From contig JBFHDX010000003.1 in NCBI GenBank assembly GCA_041584475.1, forward strand, positions 12,621-76,620: DNA of 64,000 nucleotides, in the 5' to 3' direction. Below, piece by piece: positions 10,564 through 21,181 of the stretch (positions within the stretch are counted from its first letter, which is position 1; each line of letters opens with the position of its first letter). The notes beneath the pieces are model-generated. The model ran no database searches. It was not told the DNA's origin and saw only the letters and a program-made list of their open reading frames with translations. Both the position numbers and the translations under genes were made by a program. This DNA is from Alphaproteobacteria bacterium (GTDB taxonomy: Bacteria > Pseudomonadota > Alphaproteobacteria > UBA8366 > JADFVY01).

Positions 10564-10677
10564 GCCCTCGTGGCTCCGTTGCGGGGCGGCCGTCAGCCGG
10601 TCACCGCGGGATATTCACACAGATTCCGTCATCGAGTCACCGATTCCGCGGGACTGGCCGGGAGCCGGCCGGCCGGG

Positions 10678-11136
10678 TCAGCTTGAGAGCAACACCTTCG
10701 CCTTCTGTCCGGCCCGGGCGAAGTCCATGCGACCGGCATATTCCGCCCGCAGCGCCGCCATGACCTGCCCCATTTCCTTCAAGCCGGTGGCTCCCGTCGA
10801 CTCGATGGCCTTGCTGACCGCCTGCTCGATGGCCTCGTCATCCAGCTGTTCGGGGAGGAATTGCTCGATAACCTCGATTTCCTCCTCCTCCTGACGGGCC
10901 AACTCGTCGCGACCGCCCTTCTCGTACATCTCGATGCTCTCACGGCGTTGCTTTACCATGGTCTGCAGCATCGCCAGGATCTCGTCGTCGCTGATACCGT
11001 CGGTCTTGCCCTTCGAACGCGCGGCAATGTCGTTGTCCTTGAGCGCCGCAAGGATGAGCCGCAGGGTGGCCGTTGCCCGCTGATCCTTGGCAAGGACCGC
11101 CTTCTTGAGCTCCTGGGTCAATCGTTCCCGCAACAT
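10678..11136 (-). CDS. GatB/YqeY domain-containing protein
   Basis: The track ORF extends to 11232. I prefer the ATG at 11136 (MLRERLTQELKKAVLAKD), which has an AGGAAGGA RBS upstream. The sequence is typical of the YqeY family (ILAALKD...EILAMLQTMVKQRRESIEMY...IEQFLP). Confidence 0.85.
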   Translation of the reverse strand: MLRERLTQELKKAVLAKDQRATATLRLILAALKDNDIAARSKGKTDGISDDEILAMLQTMVKQRRESIEMYEKGGRDELARQEEEEIEVIEQFLPEQLDDEAIEQAVSKAIESTGATGLKEMGQVMAALRAEYAGRMDFARAGQKAKVLLSS

Positions 11137-11310
11137 GAAGCCGTTCCGTCCTTCCTCTGGTATCGCCAACCCGCCGGTCGGCGCGCCCATCTGCTCGCTC
11201 GCCGGGCCGGGCCGGATCGCGCCGAAGCGCATCCGGCGGGGCCGCGAAAACGGGCAACCCTACTCGATCCGGCGCCACAACGCAATTCGATGTGAGCTCT
11301 TCAACTATAT

Positions 11311-11327
11311 GTTTTCATTATGAAAAC
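11311..11327. promoter_or_regulatory. 17-bp perfect palindrome GTTTTCAT-T-ATGAAAAC in an AT-rich patch upstream of carA (candidate operator)
   Basis: GTTTTCAT at 11311-11318 and ATGAAAAC at 11320-11327. It lies in the divergent yqeY/carA intergenic region, about 18 nt upstream of a TTGACG-N16-TTAAAA promoter-like element (11345-11372). Confidence 0.35.
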
Positions 11328-11439
11328 GAAATTACCCGTTCGGCTTGACGGCGGCAGTGCTTTTGCTTAAAAGACGCGGCAATTTGGCCGCCGCGGCGGC
11401 GGTGCCCGCAGCAACCACCCCGCCAGGGGAAACTCCAGC

Positions 11440-12604
11440 ATGTCCGATGGCAAAATCTCGACGACCGCTGTGCCCCCGGGCGCGACGGCGGCGTTGGTTC
11501 TGGCCGACGGGACGGTATTCTGGGGACACGGACTCGGCGCCACCGGCCGGACGGTCGGCGAGGTTCTCTTCAACACCTCGATCACCGGTTATCAGGAAAT
11601 CATGACGGACCCGTCCTATGCGGGCCAGATCGTCACCTTCACCTTCCCGCATATCGGCAATGTGGGCACCAATCCGGACGATGTCGAAACGCGGACGCCG
11701 GCGGCGCGCGGTTGCGTCATGCGGGCTGCGGTCACCGGTCCATCCAACTGGCGCGCCGCCCAGCCGTTCGATGCGTGGCTCAAATCGCAGAAGCTGATCG
11801 GCATCGCCGGCGTCGACACACGCCGCCTGACCCGCCGGATCCGGGATCTCGGTGCACCGAAGGGGGCGCTGGCACACGAGCCCGACGGCGGGCTCGACAT
11901 CTCCGGTCTGCAGGAACTGGCCGCGGATTGGCCGGGCCTCGAGGGCATGGATCTCGCGAGGGAGGTCAGCTGCACCCAGACCTACGAATGGGACGGCACG
12001 ATATGGCAGGCGGGACGAGGCTACGGCCGCATGGAGCGACCGCGGTTCCACGTCGTCGCCGTCGACTACGGCGCCAAGTACAACATCCTCCGCTCGCTGG
12101 CGACGCTCGGCTGCCGGGTCACCGTCGTGCCGGCGACGGCGAGCGGCGAGGATATCCTGCGCCACGATCCCGACGGCGTCTTTCTCTCGAACGGGCCCGG
12201 CGACCCGGCGGCGACCGGCGATTACGCGGTACCGGCGATCCGGACCGTGCTGGCGACCGGCAAGCCCCTGTTCGGCATCTGCCTCGGCCACCAGATGCTG
12301 GCGCTCGCCCTCGGCGCGCGTACCGAGAAGATGCACCACGGCCACCACGGGGCGAACCATCCGGTGAAGGATCTCGCCACGGGACGTGTCGAGATCACGA
12401 GCCAGAACCACGGTTTCGTCGTCATCGAGGAGTCGCTGCCGGCAGGCTGCGAAATGAGTCACGTCTCGCTGTTCGACGGCTCGCTCGAGGGGCTGCGAGT
12501 CAAGGACCGGCCCGTGTTCAGCGTCCAGTACCATCCCGAAGCATCGCCGGGGCCGCGCGATTCGCGATACCTGTTCGAGCGTTTCGTCGAGCTGATGGAA
12601 CGGC

Positions 12605-12612
<8 letters not shown>
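11440..12612 (+). CDS. carA: Carbamoyl-phosphate synthase small (glutaminase) subunit
   Basis: 390 aa. Class-I amidotransferase nucleophile motif is [13 protein letters not shown], with [11 protein letters not shown] near the C-terminus. Confidence 0.96.
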
Positions 12613-15862
<3,250 letters not shown>

Positions 15863-15962
15863 AGATTTCCCGGCGAGGAGGTTCGGACAATCCGTCGGCT
15901 GCGCGACGCGGCGTCGGACAGGTTATTTTTTGCGGCTGCGGCGAGTGTCCGGAAAGGAACGC

Positions 15963-16442
15963 ATGTTGATGGACAAGGTGCCGATGACGGCGGCCGGATA
16001 CGACCGGCTGCAGGAGGAGCTCAAGACCCTCAAGTCGGTTGAGCGCCCGGCGATCATCCATGCGATCGCCGAGGCGCGCACCCATGGCGATCTCTCGGAG
16101 AATGCCGAGTATCATGCCGCACGCGAGCGTCAGAGCTTCATCGAGGGGCGCATCGCCGAGCTCGAGGACAAGATCAGCCGCGCCCAGGTGATCGACGTCA
16201 GCAAGCTGGACGGCGACATCGTCAAGTTCGGCGCCACGGTCACGCTCGCGGACGACGAGACCGACGAGAAATCGACCTATCAGATCGTCGGCGAGCTGGA
16301 GTCCGACATCGCGGCCGGGCTGCTGTCGATTGCCTCGCCGCTGGCGCGGGCGATCATTGGCAAATCGGTCGGCGACGAGGTCGAGGTGGCGACTCCGCGC
16401 GGCACCAAGGATTACGAGATCGTCGCGGTGGAGTTCAAATAG
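15963..16442 (+). CDS. greA: Transcription elongation factor GreA
   Basis: The track ORF starts at 15819. The real start is probably the ATG at 15963 ([13 protein letters not shown]), which has a GGAAAGGAA RBS. Signature [16 protein letters not shown] is present. Confidence 0.95.
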   Translation: MLMDKVPMTAAGYDRLQEELKTLKSVERPAIIHAIAEARTHGDLSENAEYHAARERQSFIEGRIAELEDKISRAQVIDVSKLDGDIVKFGATVTLADDETDEKSTYQIVGELESDIAAGLLSIASPLARAIIGKSVGDEVEVATPRGTKDYEIVAVEFK

Positions 16443-16469
16443 GCCGCAGCGCCCGGGACCGGGGGTCGC

Positions 16470-16955
16470 TCACTCGGCCGCGTCGACATCGATCGGTACC
16501 CCGTAATGGTACTTCGACGAGCGAATTGCCAGCATCGACTTCACATGGCTGACGTTCGGCGCGGCGGTAAGCGTGCTCGTCAGGAAGCGGTTGTAGCTGT
16601 CCCAGTCCTCGGCCACGATCTTGAGCAGGAAGTCGGTCTCGCCCGCCAGCATGTGGCATTCCCGTACCAGCGGCCAGCTGTTGGCCAGCTTCTCGAAGGC
16701 GACCAGATCCGACTCGGCCTGGCTGTTCAAGCCGACATGGGCGAAGACCGTAACCCCGAATCCGAGCGCGTCGGGGGCGATGTCGGCGTGATAGCCCCTG
16801 ATGTAACCCGACTCCTCGAGGGCGCGCAGTCGGCGCAGGCAGGGCGGCGCCGAGATGCCGGCGCGACGCGCGAGTTCCACATTCGGCATTCTTCCGTTTT
16901 CCTGCAGATCGCGAAGGATCTTCCGGTCGATCTTGTCGAGCTTGACGCGCCGCAT
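16470..16955 (-). CDS. Lrp/AsnC family transcriptional regulator
   Basis: I prefer the ATG at 16955 (MRRVKLDKIDRKILRDLQENGRMPNVELARRAGISAPPCLRRLRALEESGYI). It has an AsnC-type HTH plus a RAM domain. Confidence 0.9.
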   Translation of the reverse strand: MRRVKLDKIDRKILRDLQENGRMPNVELARRAGISAPPCLRRLRALEESGYIRGYHADIAPDALGFGVTVFAHVGLNSQAESDLVAFEKLANSWPLVRECHMLAGETDFLLKIVAEDWDSYNRFLTSTLTAAPNVSHVKSMLAIRSSKYHYGVPIDVDAAE

Positions 16956-17086
16956 GAACCGATGCTCCAAAGGACGGGGATGCGCAACAATATTACAAGT
17001 CGTGACGGCCCACGCAAGAGGCGCGAACCGATCGCGGCGACGCCGCGCTGTCCGCGCGGCTGCGACGGCCATGCGGGAAATCGCGC

Positions 17087-18058
17087 ATGACGCAGGAGGT
17101 CGCCTGGGTCCTCACCGACGGCAAGGCGGGGACGCGCAACGGCGCACTCGGACTCGCCGAGGCGGTTGGCTTGCCGGTCTCGGACAAGCACATCCATTCG
17201 ACGTTACCGTGGCGCTGGCTGCCACCCGTGCTCTGGCCGCCCGGGATCCTCGGCGACGGAGCCGGCGGCGCCAAATTGTCGCCGCCCTGGCCCCGCCTGC
17301 TGATCAGCGCGGGGGAGCGGGCGGTCGGCCCTGCCCTCGAGATTCGGCGGCGGTCGGCCGGCGCCACCTTTGCCGTTCATATTCAGCACCCGCGCATCGA
17401 CCCCGGCCGTTTCGATCTGGTCGTCGTCTCGGCGCACGACCGGCTCGAGGGCGCCAATGTCAGGGTGACGCTCGGCGCCCTGCATCGCGTCACCCGCGAA
17501 GGCCTGGCCGAGGCGGGCGGCCGGTTCGCCGCGCGGTTCGATACATTGCCGCAACCGCGCATCGCCGTGCTGATCGGCGGCGCCAACCGGACATACCGCT
17601 TCGACCGCGCCGCCGCGCTGGCTCTCGGCGAAGGATTGGCCCGCGCGGCCCGCCACTCCGGAGCCAGCCTGCTGGTCACCACGTCGCGAAGAACCGGTGC
17701 CGAAAACGAGAAGATCCTGCGCGAGAGCCTCTCCGGGGTGCCGCTCCATTTCTGGGATGGCAGCGGCGACAACCCCTATTTCGCGTATCTCGCGCTTTCG
17801 GACGCGATCGTCGTCACCGCCGATTCCGTCAACATGGTCTCTGAGGCATGTTTCACCGGCAAGCCCGTGCACGTGTTCCCGCTGTCGGGCGGCAAGCGGA
17901 GCAAGTTCGAACGTTTCCACCGGTCGCTGATGGACGCGGGTCTCACCCGGCCCTTCACGGGGACGATCGACTCCTGGTCGTATCCCCCGCTCGACGAGCG
18001 CAGGTCGCTCGCCGAAGAGATTCGTGCCCGGCTTGGTGTCTTGACGGGAGCGCCTTGA
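17087..18058 (+). CDS. ELM1 (mitochondrial fission ELM1 / DUF1022) family protein, putative glycosyltransferase-like
   Basis: 323 aa. The N-terminus VAWVLTDGKAGTRNGALGLAEAVGLP and the later DLVVVSAHD...RIAVLIGG...LLVTTSRRT...DAIVVTADSVNMVSEA match my recollection of bacterial ELM1-family proteins. Confidence 0.72.
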   Translation: MTQEVAWVLTDGKAGTRNGALGLAEAVGLPVSDKHIHSTLPWRWLPPVLWPPGILGDGAGGAKLSPPWPRLLISAGERAVGPALEIRRRSAGATFAVHIQHPRIDPGRFDLVVVSAHDRLEGANVRVTLGALHRVTREGLAEAGGRFAARFDTLPQPRIAVLIGGANRTYRFDRAAALALGEGLARAARHSGASLLVTTSRRTGAENEKILRESLSGVPLHFWDGSGDNPYFAYLALSDAIVVTADSVNMVSEACFTGKPVHVFPLSGGKRSKFERFHRSLMDAGLTRPFTGTIDSWSYPPLDERRSLAEEIRARLGVLTGAP

Positions 18059-18123
18059 GCGGTGTTCAACTGCCGCCGTGACGATTCCATCGGGTCCGGT
18101 CGCCCGCTGCTTCGGAGACGAAG

Positions 18124-18753
18124 ATGCTGATCGATATCGATGCCTTTCGCGCCACGCCAATCGCCACCGACCCCTTCGACCACGCCATCGTGCCCGGATT
18201 CGTCCGCCGCGAGGCGCTCGAGCAGCTGCATGCGGATTATCCGGATGTCGGCAGGCCGGGCAGTTTCCCGGTCGGCACCGTCACCTACGGCGCGTCGTTC
18301 GCCCGCGTCCTCGAAGAGATACAGTCGGATGCGATGGCGACCGCCATCGAGGAGAAGTTTGGACTCGAGCTGCGCGGCCGGCCGACGATGGTCACCGTCC
18401 GCGACCGCTGTCGTGCCCGGGACGGGCAGATCCACACCGACTCCAAGGGAAAGCTGATCACCGTCCTGATCTATATGAACCCGCCGTGGGAGGCGGCGGG
18501 CGGCCGACTGCGGCTGCTCCGGGGACCGAACGACATCGAGGACTACGCCGTCGAGGTGCCACCGGACGCGGGCACGATGCTGGTCTTTCGCTGCACGCCC
18601 GACGCATGGCACGGCCACAAGCCGTTCGAAGGGCGTCGGCGCGCGATCCAGCTGAACTGGGTGCGCGACGAGTCATACCTGAAGCGCGAGCAACGCCGCC
18701 ACCGCGTATCGGCCTTCTTCAAACGCCTGAAAGGCGGTCGGATACGACCCTGA
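18124..18753 (+). CDS. 2OG-Fe(II) oxygenase superfamily protein
   Basis: 209 aa. HxD...H facial-triad candidates are IHTDS and WHGH. The RLRLL...GTMLVF segment is characteristic of prolyl-hydroxylase-like 2OG oxygenases. Confidence 0.7.
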   Translation: MLIDIDAFRATPIATDPFDHAIVPGFVRREALEQLHADYPDVGRPGSFPVGTVTYGASFARVLEEIQSDAMATAIEEKFGLELRGRPTMVTVRDRCRARDGQIHTDSKGKLITVLIYMNPPWEAAGGRLRLLRGPNDIEDYAVEVPPDAGTMLVFRCTPDAWHGHKPFEGRRRAIQLNWVRDESYLKREQRRHRVSAFFKRLKGGRIRP

Positions 18754-18838
18754 GCGTCAAGCGGGCGCAGGACTGGCGCACCTCCTTGTCGGCAGAATTC
18801 CATTGCGCGCAAATGCCGAGCAGGCAATCTAGAGTGCC

Positions 18839-19729
18839 ATGGACTGGGACAAACTTCGAATTTTCCACGCGGTGGCCGAAGCGGGCAGCTTCACACATGC
18901 CGGCGAGGCGCTCAACCTGAGCCAGTCCGCGGTGAGCCGCCAGATCAGCGCGCTCGAAGAAAGTCTCCGGGTACCGCTGTTCCACCGTCACGCCCGCGGT
19001 CTGATCCTCACCGAGCAGGGTGACCTGCTGTTCCGCGCGGTCAAGGATGTATCGCACAAGCTCTCGATGGCCGAAGCCCTGATCTCGGAGAGCCGGGAGA
19101 GGCCGTCGGGCCCGTTGAAGATCACGACGACCGTGGCATTCGGCACGACCTGGCTGACCCCGCGCATCAAGGAATTCGTCGACCTGTTCCCGGAAATCGA
19201 GATCAGCCTGATCCTTACCGACGGGGCGCTCGATCTGAGCATGCGGCAAGCGGACGTCGCCATCCGCATGAGCCCGCCGCGCCAGCCCGACCTCGTCCAG
19301 CGGAACCTGATGACCGTCAACAGCCACGTCTACGCGTCACCGGACTACCTGGCCGAGCACGGCACGCCGCAGACCGCGCAGGAGCTCGACGAGCACGCGC
19401 TGATCGTCTACGGACGCGACCCCCCGCCGCCGGTGAGTTCCATCAACTGGCTGACGGAGGCCGGCGCCAGGCCGGAGCACAAGCGGCACCCGGTCCTGCG
19501 GGTGAACAATCTTTACGGCATCTACCGGGCCGTGCGAAGCGGCCTCGGTCTCGCGGCGCTACCGGACTACATGGTGTCGGAGACATCCAGCCTGGTACGC
19601 GTCCTGCCCGAGCTCTCGGGCCCGGGTATCGAGGCCTATTTCGTGTATCCGGAGGAGCTGCGGCGTTCGAAGCGGGTGAGCGTCTTTCGCGATTTCCTGC
19701 TGCGCAAAGTCGCGGAAGGGAATTTTTGA
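18839..19729 (+). CDS. LysR family transcriptional regulator
   Basis: 296 aa. The N-terminal HTH is LRIFHAVAEAGSFTHAGEALNLSQSAVSRQISALEESL, followed by a LysR substrate-binding domain. Confidence 0.92.
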   Translation: MDWDKLRIFHAVAEAGSFTHAGEALNLSQSAVSRQISALEESLRVPLFHRHARGLILTEQGDLLFRAVKDVSHKLSMAEALISESRERPSGPLKITTTVAFGTTWLTPRIKEFVDLFPEIEISLILTDGALDLSMRQADVAIRMSPPRQPDLVQRNLMTVNSHVYASPDYLAEHGTPQTAQELDEHALIVYGRDPPPPVSSINWLTEAGARPEHKRHPVLRVNNLYGIYRAVRSGLGLAALPDYMVSETSSLVRVLPELSGPGIEAYFVYPEELRRSKRVSVFRDFLLRKVAEGNF

Positions 19730-19962
19730 CGCTGCCGCTCGTTAATAAGAACGTGCATAGACTGCCGACCGTGCCATGCGGTTTTTGCATACCAGAATTG
19801 TCTAATCTGGTATGGAAATGTTAACGGCACGCTCTTATGTCTTGATTATCCTGGTGCGCTGCATATGTGCGGCGTCCTGGATGGAGGTTATCGGCGCAAG
19901 GCCGGTAACCAAGGGTCTTCGGACCCTACGTCTCCCAGACGTGAAGCCTCCCTGTTCAACTT

Positions 19963-19990
19963 GCCGGGCCCGCGTGGCCCGGCATTTTTT
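19963..19990 (+). terminator. Strong plus-strand intrinsic terminator
   Basis: GCCGGGCC (19963-19970), loop CGCGT, then GGCCCGGC (19976-19983), followed by A and T6 (19984-19990). On the minus strand there is no U-tract. A second 8-bp GC hairpin GCGCCGGC/GCCGGCGC follows at 19991-20013. Confidence 0.75.
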
Positions 19991-20031
19991 GCGCCGGCTT
20001 CCGGTGCCGGCGCCGTTGCCGCAGGCAGGCG

Positions 20032-21009
20032 TCACATGAACAGCGGTTCGCCCTCCAGTCCCTCATACAAATGTGCGACGAACTCGCCGTATCCGTTGTA
20101 AAGGCGCGTCGGGACCCTGCCATTGCCGAGCAGCCGCTCGGTGGCCTGACTCCAGCGCGGATGCGGCACCTCCGGGTTGACATTGGCCCAGAACCCGTAT
20201 TCCCGACCCTGCACGGTCTGCCAGAAATTCACTGGCCGTTTGTCGGTGAAGGTGAAGCGGACGATCGACTTGATCGACTTGAACCCATATTTCCAGGGAA
20301 CCGCCAGCCTGAGCGGCGCGCCATTCTGCTTTGGCACGGGCTTGCCGTAGGCGCCGGTCACGAGGAAGGCGAGCTCGTTGGTCGCCTCCTCGATGGTGAG
20401 CCCTTCGATGTAGGGCCACGGATACCAGATCTGCCGCAGGCCCGGCATCGTCTCACGATCCGCGAGCGTCTCCATTTCGACGTAGCGGGCGGCAGACAGC
20501 GGCCGCGCCATGTCGACCAGCGCCTTGAACGCGAAGCCGCTCCACGGCACGTCCATCGACCAGGCCTCGACGCAGCGGTGCCGGTAGAGCCGCTCTTCCA
20601 GCGGCATGCGCCGCAACAGATCGTCGATCGCGATCGTCATCGGCTGTTCGACAAGACCGTCGATGCGCACCTCCCACGGCCGGATCCTCAGCGCCTGCGC
20701 CCGCTCGGAAATCTCCTTGTGGCTGCCGAACTCGTAGAAATTGTTGTAGGTGGTCGCGAGCTTTTCGTCGGTAATCGGCCGATCCAGGCGATAGCGAAGA
20801 TTGCGCATGACCGGGTACAGCCCGGCCGAGGGGTCGGCTTCGGCCCGCGCCTCCTGCTTGCAGCCGGCGAGCAGGGTGCCGACGCCGCCGGCGAGCAAGA
20901 CCGGGCCGAGGCCCATCGCCTTTACGATCTCACGACGCCGCAGGAACAGCGATTCGTCGGTCGCCTCGCGCTCGGGCCGTTCCCAGCCGCGCGGATTCCT
21001 GATCAGCAT
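20032..21009 (-). CDS. msrP: Protein-methionine-sulfoxide reductase catalytic (molybdopterin) subunit MsrP/YedY
   Basis: 325 aa with ATG at 21009. Twin-arginine signal is LFLRRREIVKAMGLG. The YedY-like body includes YNNFYEFG, HRCVEAWSM and VPWKYGFKSIKSIV. Confidence 0.9.
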   Translation of the reverse strand: MLIRNPRGWERPEREATDESLFLRRREIVKAMGLGPVLLAGGVGTLLAGCKQEARAEADPSAGLYPVMRNLRYRLDRPITDEKLATTYNNFYEFGSHKEISERAQALRIRPWEVRIDGLVEQPMTIAIDDLLRRMPLEERLYRHRCVEAWSMDVPWSGFAFKALVDMARPLSAARYVEMETLADRETMPGLRQIWYPWPYIEGLTIEEATNELAFLVTGAYGKPVPKQNGAPLRLAVPWKYGFKSIKSIVRFTFTDKRPVNFWQTVQGREYGFWANVNPEVPHPRWSQATERLLGNGRVPTRLYNGYGEFVAHLYEGLEGEPLFM

Positions 21010-21076
21010 GGATCCTGTCTCCTCAATTGCCGTCAGACCCTCGCATTACAGCGAGGGTGTCACGAAATTCTCACGA

Positions 21077-21092
21077 GTCACAAACATGTGAC
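21077..21092. promoter_or_regulatory. Inverted repeat GTCACA-N4-TGTGAC upstream of msrP (candidate operator)
   Basis: GTCACA at 21077-21082 and TGTGAC at 21087-21092, about 70 nt upstream of the msrP ATG. An 8-bp hairpin ACCCTCGC/GCGAGGGT (21037-21058) lies between it and the RBS. Confidence 0.25.
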
Positions 21093-21181
21093 CATGACGG
21101 ACGCGGACAAGCTCCCGCCGAAGGGCGGTGGCCGATGACGAGCGATCCGTCAGTGACCCCCGTCGGGCCTGGCGAACCCGC

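Noticed and set aside
19812-20039. 75-aa plus-strand ORF in the LysR-msrP spacer
   Set aside because: It reads straight through two GC hairpins and the T6 terminator and into the msrP 3' end. It has poor codon bias and no RBS.
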